Shown one piece after another: positions 45,994 through 56,540 of a stretch of DNA of 64,000 nt. The DNA comes from a virus. Lineage: Duplodnaviria > Caudoviricetes. How positions within the stretch are numbered: the first letter of the stretch is position 1; each line of letters opens with the position of its first letter. A program made the translations under genes and the position numbers. The notes below the pieces were generated by a model. That model was not told where the DNA came from and ran no database searches. It worked only from the letters and a program-made list of their open reading frames with translations. The stretch covers positions 64,001-128,000 of the IMG/VR virus record IMGVR_UViG_3300032038_000011. One strand, 5' to 3'.

Positions 45994-47469
45994 ATGGCTA
46001 ATTTAATAGGACAAGAAATTTTTAGTAATTTAAATAATAAAGGTCAAGTATATTTAGCGACACATGATGGGGTAGGCAATAGCCTACCCTATATGAGTCG
46101 TTCTTTTATTAGTTTTACTTTTGGAGGTAAGGCTATTGAAGATTTTGGTTTAATTGCGACTTTTGAAGATAGAATGGAAAATAATTTATATGCTTCTTTT
46201 TCAGATTTAACTTCAACATATGATATGATTGATGGTCAGTTATATTGGGGAACTCGTTTTGAAGCAGGACAATTAAGTTTAAAATTATCTACTGATGGAA
46301 TGACTGAAAAACAATTGGATGATTTTAAATATTGGTTTTCTCCAGGCATTATTAGAGAATTAATTTTAGCCGAGCATCCAAATCGAGCTATTTTCGCGCG
46401 AGTATCTGAAAGACCTGTTTTTTCTTGTTTACCATTTGAACAAAAAACTTCTTTAAAAATATCAGGTATAGATTATGAAACTAGTACAACTTTATATAAG
46501 GGCTCTATAACTTTGTCTTTTGTTATGGATGAACCTTATTGGCATACAAAATTAAATTATATACCAACTTTTATTAATTTAAAAAAAATGGCTCCTTTTG
46601 ATGAAGAAAAAGATAATATTAATGATAAAATAAATTCTCTAGAAAATAAAGATACAATAAAAATTATGTTAGAAGATAATATTCCTCATCAGTCACTTCT
46701 TCGCGGAGATATGTTTTTAGGCGGAAATATATTAGTTACTTCTGAAGCTAGAACTAATTCAGCTTTAGTCGGTCAAGCATACTTAGGAATTATTACTACT
46801 GAGTCTGATGGATTAATTTTAAATAGTGATACCCCCAGAAGATTATTTTATTGTGGAACAGCAAAAAGTTTGCCAATTATTAAATTTTCTATGGAATTAA
46901 AATTTAGTGATAATAACTATATTACTAATCCTACGAATAAAATTTATAATAGTGAATTAAAAGAAGAAGATTATTCTTATATAGCGATTGGAGATAAAAA
47001 ATTTAAATTTACTACTCCAAGTATTTTAACTAGTTATAATCAAGCTATTAAAATTTTTTCTTTGGCAGAATCTTTTAATAAAGTAGAATTATTACAACAA
47101 ATTAGAGATACTGTCAATGAGTATTATGCTCGTGCTTGGGCGATTGATTGTGTTAACAGACATACTTCTAAAGAAGATGCTATATCACAAATGAGAGATT
47201 TTTTTGTCAGAGATTTAGTTACTTTTATTATTAATTCCAAAACTGGAGAAGCAATTGGAGATTTTACTATTAAGTATAGAAATGATATTGAAAATATTGA
47301 AGATAAAACAATAAAACAAAATGTTGGGGATATGATTCGTTCAGATTACTTAATTATAGAAGGACGAGATTATCTTAATGAAAATGGAGAGATAAATCAA
47401 TGTCATGAAATTACCACAAATGAAGAATTATCTAATATGTTAGTTCTTTATGAAAATATGTTTTTATAA
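45994..47469 (+). CDS. Putative distal tail (Dit-like) protein
   Basis: Directly after the TMP; SFTFGG..EDFGL, IDGQLYWG and F...EPYW patterns. Confidence 0.7.
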   Translation: MANLIGQEIFSNLNNKGQVYLATHDGVGNSLPYMSRSFISFTFGGKAIEDFGLIATFEDRMENNLYASFSDLTSTYDMIDGQLYWGTRFEAGQLSLKLSTDGMTEKQLDDFKYWFSPGIIRELILAEHPNRAIFARVSERPVFSCLPFEQKTSLKISGIDYETSTTLYKGSITLSFVMDEPYWHTKLNYIPTFINLKKMAPFDEEKDNINDKINSLENKDTIKIMLEDNIPHQSLLRGDMFLGGNILVTSEARTNSALVGQAYLGIITTESDGLILNSDTPRRLFYCGTAKSLPIIKFSMELKFSDNNYITNPTNKIYNSELKEEDYSYIAIGDKKFKFTTPSILTSYNQAIKIFSLAESFNKVELLQQIRDTVNEYYARAWAIDCVNRHTSKEDAISQMRDFFVRDLVTFIINSKTGEAIGDFTIKYRNDIENIEDKTIKQNVGDMIRSDYLIIEGRDYLNENGEINQCHEITTNEELSNMLVLYENMFL

Positions 47470-47492
47470 GAGTTAAAGGAGGAAGAAGCTTT

Positions 47493-50400
47493 ATGATTAA
47501 TAAAAAAAATATACGTGATTATGAAGTTTCTATTTGGACGCTTCAAGATAGTTTTATTACTATCTTGAAGCCTTCTCATTTAGAAAACAAAGGAATGATA
47601 CAAGAACCTAAAATGGTTTTAAAAGACGATGGAGAAAATAGTTTTTCTTTTAAAATTCCTATGTATATTTATGAAGATACCAATCTAGAAGAAGAACCTT
47701 ATTTTAAAAAGGAAGAACTTTTGATGGAAAATCCTATTTGGTTTAATGTTCGAAATGGTAATTTATTAGTAGATATGCGAAAAATAAAAGTTATTTTTAA
47801 TAAAAAAACTGAAGATGAAGAAATTTTTGAATTTATTATTACTAATATAAAAGAAAGCCATGAAGGTTTTTCAAAATATTGTGAAGTAACCTGCGGAGGA
47901 TTAGCTTTTCATGAATTAGGTAAACAAGGTTATAATATAACTTTATCTGAAAATGATTTTTTCTATGAATATGAAGAATGGATTGCTTCTGGGAAACCAT
48001 TGAATAAAGAGCCCATTGAAAATATTAATTATTGGATAGAAAAAGTATTAAAAAATTCTAATTGGGGTTATGAAATACAGATGGATTGGTCTTTATATGA
48101 CCCTACTTGGAACACTTCAAAAGTTTATAAAGAACCCTATGTTTCTTCTTGGAAAATTAAAGATAACATTTTAATTCCAGAAGAAAGTGTATTTAAAGAA
48201 AATCAATTAGAAAAAGTACAACCATTAGAAGAAAAAGAAAGTAATAGATATAATTTATTACAAAAGATTGCAGAAACTTTTCAAGTTTATTGTAAATATA
48301 AATATTATTATGACGATAATTATCATATTATTGATAGAAAAGTTATTTTTTATAATAATTTTTTAAGTGATAAAGAAGAAATTATAGATTTTACTTATGG
48401 ATATAATACTAGTCAAATTACTAGAGAAATTGATAGTATGGATTTAGTAACAAAAATGTTTGTAAAACCTATGAAAGATAGCGGAACTTTTTCTGGAGAA
48501 ATTAAACTATCTGATTCCGCCGCGAATAAATCTTTAGAAAATTATTTATTAAATTTTGATTATTTATATAAGATAGGAACTATTACTCAAGATCAATATG
48601 AAGAAGTAAAAAATTATGAAAAAGAGTTACATGAAATTAATTCTTCTTTTTTATCTAATAGTAGAAAATTAATTTATTATACTAATCAGTTACCTATTGA
48701 AGAAGCAAAAAAAACTGATGCTGAATCTTTAATAGAAAATAGTCAAAGAAGAATTAATAAAGCTAAATCAGAAGAACGTGAAATAGCGAATGGTAAAAGT
48801 TCTTGTTCTTATACTTCTACGAATCCTTTGCCTTTTATTTTAATAAAACCTACTGGTGATGAAAGTAATCCATATATTACTTTACAAAGTGTATTTGGTG
48901 AATTAAATCAGCCTTCTTTTCAATTATATACTGAAATTTTATCTACTGGAGAAGTTAAAAAAGAGTCTGAAATTAAAAATAATTTTGATTTTACAATAAA
49001 AAATGGTTTAGTAACTAAAATTACAATAAAAAATGCAAATTTAAGCAATGTAACAAAAGTATATGCCACTTTTAAGTATAAGCCAAATATTCCAAGTCAA
49101 AAAGTTCAGCAATTATGGTTAAGTAAACAAAAACAGGCTGAAAAAGAAAAAGCCGAAGCCGAAGCTCAATTATTAATAATTAATGGTGAAATTGATTCTT
49201 ATACTAAACAAAATAAATCACTAAAAAAACGAAAACAAGAAATTATTAATAATTTTGAACGCTTTATGGGCCCAGCTATTAGAGAAGGAACTTGGAATCC
49301 AGAAGATAGTTATTCTAATTGTCAAACCAATGAAATTTTTGAATTAGACAATAGTTCTTTAATTAAAAATTCAAATACTGATAGAAATAATTCTGTTGGT
49401 TTTATTTGGAGTAATACTTTATTTGAAGGAGAATATGAAATTTCTTATCCTTATGGTTTAGATACAGATACTCCTAATAGATATTATCCTTGTATCAATT
49501 TAAGTGGAATAAATATAAATAGTTTAAACGGAGAAAATTTAAATTTAGTTTACAGAGATTATTACTGGGGTTTGAATGATAATGATTCAAAAGATTATCA
49601 AGACCCCACTAAAAATCATTATTTAGCATTAGGAGCTGAAGATGAATTAAAATTAGTTTTTTTACGAAATAAAATATATAAAAATATTATTCCCGCTTTA
49701 ATTGTTTTGGGAGTGCGCTCTTTATTAGATGAAGAAGATGATAATGGTAAATCTACAACTCCTTATTCACAAGTTCAAAAAAATGCTAGATTAAGTACAA
49801 TTAGTTATGAGAGTAATGGAGATTTTATTGAAACTGTTGTTATTAAAGAAGATTCTTTAAAAAATCTATGGATTGGACACATAGAAGATTATGAAATTGT
49901 TTATCCAAGATTTTATAATTCTTCTTTAAAATTTTTAACAACTACTCCAGAAAATATGATTTATTATGGAGATACTGCTTTAGAAAAAGATAAAGATTAT
50001 TATATGCTTTTTAGAGCAGATAAAGATGAAGATGAACAAAGTGGAGGCGGTCATTTAGCACATTATTTAACTTTAAAGCCTGAATCAATAATGTTTAAAT
50101 TAGATAAAAAATATTCTTTCCATTATAGTTTATCTACTGCGGCAGATGCGATTTATTTAGACGCTTTAAAAATTTTAAAAGAAAATTCAACTCCAAAAGT
50201 GTCTTATTCTTTAACACCTTTGGCAAAAGATGAATCTTTTATTAAAAAAGCTTATAATAGAATTGGACAATTAGTTCATATTAATGATATAGATTTAAAA
50301 TTTGAAAACGTTCAAGGTTATATTTCTGAAGTTAATTTAAGTTTAGATAAACCTTGGGAAGATAATTATACTGTTAAAAATTATAAAACTAAATTTGAAG

Positions 50401-52763
50401 ATTTATTTTCTACCATAGTTGCGCAAACACAAGCAATGCAACGCAATTCTCAAACTTTTACTATGGCTTCTAATTTATTTGATAATAATGGATATATTAA
50501 TTCTGATTTATTAAATAAATCTATTAATAAAGCTGGTAATGAAATCGAGGTATTTGAAACAGTTGCGGTAACTGAAGAAGCCATGTTTGCAAGAATAGAA
50601 GAGCAACTTTATAAAGTTACTTCTGACGCGGCTTTAATTTTAAATGGTAATATTGGTTTAGCTTTTCCAGCTACAGATACTATTGATGGCATTTCTTTAA
50701 ATAATCAAGTTGGTTTAAGAATTGATGGAACTATGAAAAGAGTGAAGAGAAAAGAGAATGGCGAACCTGAATTAATAGATGGTTCTTATCTCTATGATGA
50801 TAAAAACACTATAGAATCTTATTTTAGAGTAACAAATGGAGCAATGGGTTTCTTTAAAAAAGGCTCTGAAAATGAAAAAGATGAAGGAATGATGTATTTT
50901 GACGCTCTTACTGGAGATATGGCTTTAAAAGGAACTTTATGGGCCAAGGCTGGTGGTTTTGGAGTTGTCTTAGGCGAAAATGACAAACCTTCAAAAGGAT
51001 GGTTAATTGAAACGGGAACTTTTAAAAGTTTGAATGGTAGAGCTACTTTTACTTCGGGGGGACTAAACGAGAATCCGAAGATTATTTTAAAAGGTGATCA
51101 AAATCAAGAGATTTTTAAATTTGATGGTGAAAATTTAACTATTACTGGAGTAATTACTGCTAAACAAGGCGGCAATATTGCTGGTTGGATAATAGGTGAT
51201 AAGGCTTTATATAAAGAAGATGATAAAGGTAATGAAGTTGTAGGAATTGGTCCTGGTGATAGTTCTGGTGATATTTCATTTTGGGCTGGTGGTCCCGCGA
51301 ATGATGCTCCTTTTAAAGTTACTAATGGAGGAGCTTTAACTGCTACAAACGCGGATATTACTGGGGCAATTACAGCTACTTCTGGAACTATTGGGCAAAC
51401 TAATGCTCCAAAAATTAATATAGGCAGTACAAGTGATGCTAGTACATCACCATCTTGGATTTATAGTGGTAGTAAAAAATCAAAAAATTTTGCTAGTGAC
51501 GGTTTTTATATTGGAACTGATGGAATTTCTTTAGGAGAATATGATTCTAAATCAGGACACAATCCTTTTGAAATAAGTACTTCAGGAATTTTATATGCGA
51601 CTGGAGCAACAATTTCAGGAGCTCTTACAGCAACTTCTCTTACTGTTGGTAATTCTATGACTTACAGTGATTCTGATGGATTAAAAATTGGTACAGGAAA
51701 TAATTCTTTAGAATATAAAAACTCTAAATTAACGATTAAAGGTAGTATTACTGCGACGAGTGGAAGTATTGGCTCAACTTCAGCAAATCAAATTATTTTA
51801 GCAGATGGTGTTATTCGTTGGAACAGAACTAATACAGCTGATACAGAAGATAAAACTGGCTTTTATTTAAGTAAAGACGGGCTTTTTATCGGGAATAAAA
51901 ATAAATTTAAAGTAACTGCTACAGGAGCAGTTACAGCTTCTGATATAACTATAAAAGGAGGAAGTTTAACAATTGGTTCTACTTTTTCAGTTACATCTGC
52001 AGGATATTTAACGGCAACATCTGGTTCTATTGGTGGATGGTATATAGGCTCTAATTATCTTGGTTCCGCAGATAAATTAGGAAATAGCGTCGTAGGTATT
52101 TCAAATCGTGGAAATAGTGATTATGCTTTTTGGGCTGGAGGAGTTAAAAATGATGATAACAGTCTAAGCGGTGCTTCTTTTTCTGTTACAAAAGAAGGAG
52201 CTTTAACAGCAGCAAAAGCTAATATTACTGGAGGAGAAATAAATCTTTCTCGAACAGAAGATATTTCCTATACCATTGAAGGAGAAGAATTAACTTATAA
52301 TTATAATGGAGCTATTTCATTAAACCAAAGACATTCTGAAACAATTGAAAATATCACTAGAACAGTTCCTTTTACTCTTTATCTTCGGGAAAGAATTAAT
52401 TATGGAAAAGATGAAGAAACTGGAAGAGATAGAATAACAAATTATAAAATGTTTTATCATGAAGGAGCTTTAGATTTTAGAGAAACAGATATTTCAAATG
52501 GAACATCAATTACTGCTGGTTTTATTTTTAGTAAAAGGTTTTCTACAAAAAAAATTGATATAAGTGACGAAACCAGTTCTATCGCTATAAATAATGGCAG
52601 TCTTGGACTAGAAATGATTGGTGGAACAAAATATGTTGGATTAAGAACTTATAATACAAATGAGTGGATAATTTATAAAAGTGTAGAGAATAACAAAGTT
52701 TATATAAAAGGAAATGTATATGTAGAAAATGGTGCTGGTGGTTGGAAAAAAATTTCTGGTTAA
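47493..52763 (+). CDS. Tal-like baseplate hub / central tail fibre (1756 aa)
   Basis: After Dit; coiled-coil middle; C-terminal GxIxATSGxIGGW beta-repeats. Confidence 0.75.
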   Translation: MINKKNIRDYEVSIWTLQDSFITILKPSHLENKGMIQEPKMVLKDDGENSFSFKIPMYIYEDTNLEEEPYFKKEELLMENPIWFNVRNGNLLVDMRKIKVIFNKKTEDEEIFEFIITNIKESHEGFSKYCEVTCGGLAFHELGKQGYNITLSENDFFYEYEEWIASGKPLNKEPIENINYWIEKVLKNSNWGYEIQMDWSLYDPTWNTSKVYKEPYVSSWKIKDNILIPEESVFKENQLEKVQPLEEKESNRYNLLQKIAETFQVYCKYKYYYDDNYHIIDRKVIFYNNFLSDKEEIIDFTYGYNTSQITREIDSMDLVTKMFVKPMKDSGTFSGEIKLSDSAANKSLENYLLNFDYLYKIGTITQDQYEEVKNYEKELHEINSSFLSNSRKLIYYTNQLPIEEAKKTDAESLIENSQRRINKAKSEEREIANGKSSCSYTSTNPLPFILIKPTGDESNPYITLQSVFGELNQPSFQLYTEILSTGEVKKESEIKNNFDFTIKNGLVTKITIKNANLSNVTKVYATFKYKPNIPSQKVQQLWLSKQKQAEKEKAEAEAQLLIINGEIDSYTKQNKSLKKRKQEIINNFERFMGPAIREGTWNPEDSYSNCQTNEIFELDNSSLIKNSNTDRNNSVGFIWSNTLFEGEYEISYPYGLDTDTPNRYYPCINLSGININSLNGENLNLVYRDYYWGLNDNDSKDYQDPTKNHYLALGAEDELKLVFLRNKIYKNIIPALIVLGVRSLLDEEDDNGKSTTPYSQVQKNARLSTISYESNGDFIETVVIKEDSLKNLWIGHIEDYEIVYPRFYNSSLKFLTTTPENMIYYGDTALEKDKDYYMLFRADKDEDEQSGGGHLAHYLTLKPESIMFKLDKKYSFHYSLSTAADAIYLDALKILKENSTPKVSYSLTPLAKDESFIKKAYNRIGQLVHINDIDLKFENVQGYISEVNLSLDKPWEDNYTVKNYKTKFEDLFSTIVAQTQAMQRNSQTFTMASNLFDNNGYINSDLLNKSINKAGNEIEVFETVAVTEEAMFARIEEQLYKVTSDAALILNGNIGLAFPATDTIDGISLNNQVGLRIDGTMKRVKRKENGEPELIDGSYLYDDKNTIESYFRVTNGAMGFFKKGSENEKDEGMMYFDALTGDMALKGTLWAKAGGFGVVLGENDKPSKGWLIETGTFKSLNGRATFTSGGLNENPKIILKGDQNQEIFKFDGENLTITGVITAKQGGNIAGWIIGDKALYKEDDKGNEVVGIGPGDSSGDISFWAGGPANDAPFKVTNGGALTATNADITGAITATSGTIGQTNAPKINIGSTSDASTSPSWIYSGSKKSKNFASDGFYIGTDGISLGEYDSKSGHNPFEISTSGILYATGATISGALTATSLTVGNSMTYSDSDGLKIGTGNNSLEYKNSKLTIKGSITATSGSIGSTSANQIILADGVIRWNRTNTADTEDKTGFYLSKDGLFIGNKNKFKVTATGAVTASDITIKGGSLTIGSTFSVTSAGYLTATSGSIGGWYIGSNYLGSADKLGNSVVGISNRGNSDYAFWAGGVKNDDNSLSGASFSVTKEGALTAAKANITGGEINLSRTEDISYTIEGEELTYNYNGAISLNQRHSETIENITRTVPFTLYLRERINYGKDEETGRDRITNYKMFYHEGALDFRETDISNGTSITAGFIFSKRFSTKKIDISDETSSIAINNGSLGLEMIGGTKYVGLRTYNTNEWIIYKSVENNKVYIKGNVYVENGAGGWKKISG

Positions 52764-52765
52764 AT

Positions 52766-52808
52766 AAAAATAAACCCTCTACTATTTAAGTAGAGGGTTT
52801 ATTTTTTT
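52766..52808. terminator. Bidirectional terminator between the convergent late and replication blocks
   Basis: aaaaataaaccctctact..agtagagggtttattttt. Confidence 0.9.
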
Positions 52809-52815
52809 TCATTTA

Positions 52816-53196
52816 TTACTCAAAGAATATTTCAATATTTAACATTTCTTGAGGAGTTATTTCAAAATTATCAATACTATCCATAGGTAGTTTATCAGCA
52901 TTAATTTCTAATTCAGTTTCTAATAAAGAATTAAATTCTTGATTAATTTCTTCTATATTAGCATTATCAAATTTAACATTACCATTTTCATCTATAATTA
53001 ATTCGCCATTTTCATCTTTATTACCGTACTTTTGAATAATCTTTTGGCGCTCTTCATTAAAAGTTTGCATTTCCTTGTCTAATTCGCGTGCGAGTCTAGC
53101 AATCTTAAAAGCAAGAGAACCTTTGAAAGACTGCTGCATAATTTTATTAAAAGTTTCAGTAGCATTTACTACATTACTTAATTTAATCTTAATCAT
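52816..53196 (-). CDS. Phage protein, DUF1617-like (126 aa)
   Basis: AFKIAR...EERQKIIQKYG.KDENG pattern (recognised from memory). Confidence 0.55.
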   Translation of the reverse strand: MIKIKLSNVVNATETFNKIMQQSFKGSLAFKIARLARELDKEMQTFNEERQKIIQKYGNKDENGELIIDENGNVKFDNANIEEINQEFNSLLETELEINADKLPMDSIDNFEITPQEMLNIEIFFE

Positions 53197-53939
53197 AAAG
53201 TTTCACCCCAAGTAGATTTTGTTTTCTTTAAATAACTGACAAAATATTTTCCAATACAAATTGCATCGGCTTCATCTTGCGTACAATCCTGATTGTACCA
53301 TAACTTAACTTTATCTTGTGCTTGTTTCTTTTTATTTTCGCGGCCAGTACCTTCACCAACGCCGCAATATTTTCGCCATTCAACGGCATAAACAAGTCCA
53401 TGATCTATACATGCCTCAAAAGCTACATCAATTAATACTCCTTGTAAGTTAGCTAAAACTCTGTATGTTTCAACTTGGAACTGTGATGAATTTTTGCCAT
53501 AACTTTGGAGCTGGATATGCTCGAAGCCGAGGAAGTCGGGCTCCCACTCTTTAATCGCGGCAATTAACCATTTTTTAATTTGATTAATTCTTTCTTCTGT
53601 TGGAAGGTCTTTATCAGCTTTATAAGTTCCATAACTAACAAGAACACCATCATCATAGATTGAGTAACCTGTGATGATTGTTGCCGCGTCTAAAGCTAAA
53701 ATTCTAGTCGTGTCAATCTTTTTGATTGGCACTTTATTTTTTTTGACTTTATAAGGGTCACCAGCCATACATATTTCACATTGAGGATGTTTACGCCAGT
53801 GACGATAAGTCTGAGTTTGTAAATGCCCTTCGGGGCATTTCATTTCTAATTCCGTATCTAAATTTTTATAAACGTCCGAAATCAATTGCCATCCTTCTTC
53901 TTCTAAATGATTTCGGACGCTATAAACATTTATAGGCAT
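53193..53939 (-). CDS. ruvC: RuvC-like Holliday junction resolvase with N-terminal zinc ribbon
   Basis: RILALDAA..TGYS, FE..Q, WRK, DEADAICIG; CPEGH...CEIC. Confidence 0.8.
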   Translation of the reverse strand: MPINVYSVRNHLEEEGWQLISDVYKNLDTELEMKCPEGHLQTQTYRHWRKHPQCEICMAGDPYKVKKNKVPIKKIDTTRILALDAATIITGYSIYDDGVLVSYGTYKADKDLPTEERINQIKKWLIAAIKEWEPDFLGFEHIQLQSYGKNSSQFQVETYRVLANLQGVLIDVAFEACIDHGLVYAVEWRKYCGVGEGTGRENKKKQAQDKVKLWYNQDCTQDEADAICIGKYFVSYLKKTKSTWGETL

Positions 53940-54749
53940 TTACTTACCTGTGCTACCAAATCCGCCTTCACCACGTTCAGTCGTAGGAAGAATATCAACT
54001 AGTACTGGTTTAAATCGTTCTACACGCTCAACCCATACTTGTGCGATTCGGTCGCCAGCTTTAATTTCATAATCAGAATCAGAAATGTTATCATAAAGTA
54101 CGCCAATTTCTCCACGGTAATCTGCGTCAATAATTCCAATAGAGTTGGAAAGACGTAGACCAGTCTTTGCTCCGATGCTTGAACGAGGAGCAATTTTTGC
54201 TACCCAACCTTCTGGTAAAGCAATCTTTAATCCAGTAGGAACTTTATTAGAGATAGAGTGTGCAGGAATTATGGTGTCTTTAGAAGCGTAAATATCCGCA
54301 CAAGCATCAGTATCGTGAGCGTAAGTTGGCATTTGGCCGCCATCTTCTAATTTAACTGGAAGCTCAAAAGCATAAGAATGATAACGTGAAAAAGCTTCAT
54401 CAAAAACATCATAGAAGAAATCAAAAGTCGCATCAAGTAAGGCTCTCTTATTAGGAGAAGGCTCTAATTCATTAATTGCTTCTTGAATTGCGTTTTTATT
54501 TTGAGCGACAAAATTTGCGGCTTCCGCACGAGTTAGATTATCATCTTCAAAGCCTTTAAGAACGTCTTTAATTGAGTCTTCTCTAATTCGAGGAGTTAAA
54601 GCTCCTTTAATCATTCCAGAAATAATTTCTACAGAATCTTCATTTAAGTTTTCTTCTGGAATAGTCATAATTTGTTCAATCATATCTAGTAAAGGGCGAG
54701 CCTGCTCTTCCATAGAAAGGCCATCCGCAAGATCCATAAAATTTGCCAT
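53940..54749 (-). CDS. dut: Trimeric dUTPase with ~125-aa N-terminal extension
   Basis: ACAD, PRSS, GIIDADYRGE, GDRIAQ and RGEGGFGSTG motifs. Confidence 0.95.
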   Translation of the reverse strand: MANFMDLADGLSMEEQARPLLDMIEQIMTIPEENLNEDSVEIISGMIKGALTPRIREDSIKDVLKGFEDDNLTRAEAANFVAQNKNAIQEAINELEPSPNKRALLDATFDFFYDVFDEAFSRYHSYAFELPVKLEDGGQMPTYAHDTDACADIYASKDTIIPAHSISNKVPTGLKIALPEGWVAKIAPRSSIGAKTGLRLSNSIGIIDADYRGEIGVLYDNISDSDYEIKAGDRIAQVWVERVERFKPVLVDILPTTERGEGGFGSTGK

Positions 54750-54750
54750 A

Positions 54751-54969
54751 TTACATTACCTCGTATTCTTTAGTCACACTTACAAGCCAAAACTCATCAA
54801 TAATTTCGTGAGTTTTTCTATCCTTCTTAGACTTGTAAGTCGTGTTATATTTTGTAAGAATATAACCATCTACAGATTGATTATTCTTATATTCTTCAAT
54901 AGTTTCCATTGCCAGCTGTTCACTGTCTACCTTAAATACTAATGTTTCAGTTTTCAGTTGCTTGTTCAT
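54751..54969 (-). CDS. Hypothetical protein (72 aa)
   Basis: AAGGAGA RBS before MNKQLK. Confidence 0.7.
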   Translation of the reverse strand: MNKQLKTETLVFKVDSEQLAMETIEEYKNNQSVDGYILTKYNTTYKSKKDRKTHEIIDEFWLVSVTKEYEVM

Positions 54970-55456
54970 GATTTTCATTCTCCTTCTTTTCATTTAGCTC
55001 TCTTAGCTGTTGAATTAAATTTATATAATTAAGTTTTTTAGCTGTCTCGGAAATTGTCCCAAATTGCGCGCGACCAGTTTTTCCTAATTTCTTAGCAAAA
55101 GCTCGTCTTTCAGCACGATTGTGAAATTGTGGTTGTTGAATTTTTTCTTCTATTTTTTCAGTAACTGCTTCTGTAATTTTAGAAGAATTATCTAATGTTT
55201 CATTATATAAATCTGTTAAAACAGATGAAGCAGCCAAATCTATTTTATAATTTTTTATTGGATAAACAGAGGAAGAAACACACGCAGTTTCTGCTGCTGT
55301 GCACTCATCATAAGGTTTTGTTTCTATATCTATTGGAGTAATATACCCGGACGTCGTTATTCCTTCGGGTAACTCAGGAACTTCTGTTTTAATTTTTTCT
55401 CCATCAGAATTAGTTATTGTTACAATACTCATACTAAACTCTCCACTACTGAGCAA
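54947..55456 (-). CDS. Hypothetical protein
   Basis: ORF in operon; NRAERR motif; start uncertain (possibly MSIV). Confidence 0.7.
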   Translation of the reverse strand: MLSSGEFSMSIVTITNSDGEKIKTEVPELPEGITTSGYITPIDIETKPYDECTAAETACVSSSVYPIKNYKIDLAASSVLTDLYNETLDNSSKITEAVTEKIEEKIQQPQFHNRAERRAFAKKLGKTGRAQFGTISETAKKLNYINLIQQLRELNEKKENENHEQATEN

Positions 55457-55752
55457 ATATGCTCATATTCTTTTTCATTATCTATTTCAATAATATGAAA
55501 AATATGATTTTGTCCAGTAGGCTTTAATGGAATATTTATTTCGTAATTTTCATAAATGCTAAAAATCATTTTTCGAGCGAGGCCTAAATCATAGTCTGTG
55601 GTTTCTTTTTCTGCATTAATAACTAAACCACTAGTTAGCGCATAAAACACAAATAATTTATCTTTTTCGTTTAGAGCAAGAATACAAATATATTTTGAAT
55701 TACCCTGATATTTTAAAACTTCTTTAATCATTAGACTCTCTCCAGGTTTCAT
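55429..55752 (-). CDS. Hypothetical protein
   Basis: ORF in a tightly packed operon. Confidence 0.65.
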   Translation of the reverse strand: MKPGESLMIKEVLKYQGNSKYICILALNEKDKLFVFYALTSGLVINAEKETTDYDLGLARKMIFSIYENYEINIPLKPTGQNHIFHIIEIDNEKEYEHICSVVESLV

Positions 55753-56065
55753 AAAAAGTTAAATCAGTTTTATTATAATCTCCTTTTATGATAACATGTT
55801 TAAATACTCGTGCAGGAATATCATAAATTTTTTCACCATTTTCTGTAAAAACTTTTTTAACTCCAATCAAAACATATGATTCATAGGGTTTTGCTATTAG
55901 CATATTTAAATCATTAATATTTAAATTTGTAGTAACTAAATGTAAAATACATAATTCTTTACTATCCCAAATAAAATCATATGAAAGTAAATTTTCAAAT
56001 TTAATGGTATAAATTATTTTCCCTTTTTCCATTAATTTAAGTGTTGCAATTGTTTGAAAATTCAT
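55724..56065 (-). CDS. Hypothetical protein (113 aa)
   Basis: GAGGT RBS; operon context. Confidence 0.7.
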   Translation of the reverse strand: MNFQTIATLKLMEKGKIIYTIKFENLLSYDFIWDSKELCILHLVTTNLNINDLNMLIAKPYESYVLIGVKKVFTENGEKIYDIPARVFKHVIIKGDYNKTDLTFYETWRESND

Positions 56066-56069
56066 ATTA

Positions 56070-56540
56070 TTACCTCATATTCATTAGCTTTTCGCGTTCT
56101 CTTGGCTTAAACTTTCTTTTTTTAATAGAAAAGGTTAAAAACCATTCAGTAGGATCTCCTTCCGGAGTTAACTCATATTGTACTTTTAATTTATTAAAAG
56201 ATCTTTCTTCACATTTATAAAAATGGTCTTTCCCTGTTTTTTGACTTCTCCAAATTTCATAAGTTGTAAGTCCGTAATGATGGCAACCTTGTCGTAAAAT
56301 TTCTAACATTTCTGGGCTTAATATTGCTACTCGTAAAATAATTTTCCTATCATTACCAGGATTTTTAAATTCTTCATAATATCCTGATAAAGTATCTATA
56401 AAGAAAGAATTTAATACATGATTTTCATTATCATATAAATTTAACTGAATATTAGGAACTTCTTTTTCTCCAAAACCATATTTTGTTTTCTCTAAGTATA
56501 TTTCACGAACATCTTCTTCGCTCATTTCTTTATAACTCAT
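56070..56540 (-). CDS. Hypothetical protein (156 aa)
   Basis: Stop/start overlap with the upstream gene. Confidence 0.7.
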   Translation of the reverse strand: MSYKEMSEEDVREIYLEKTKYGFGEKEVPNIQLNLYDNENHVLNSFFIDTLSGYYEEFKNPGNDRKIILRVAILSPEMLEILRQGCHHYGLTTYEIWRSQKTGKDHFYKCEERSFNKLKVQYELTPEGDPTEWFLTFSIKKRKFKPREREKLMNMR

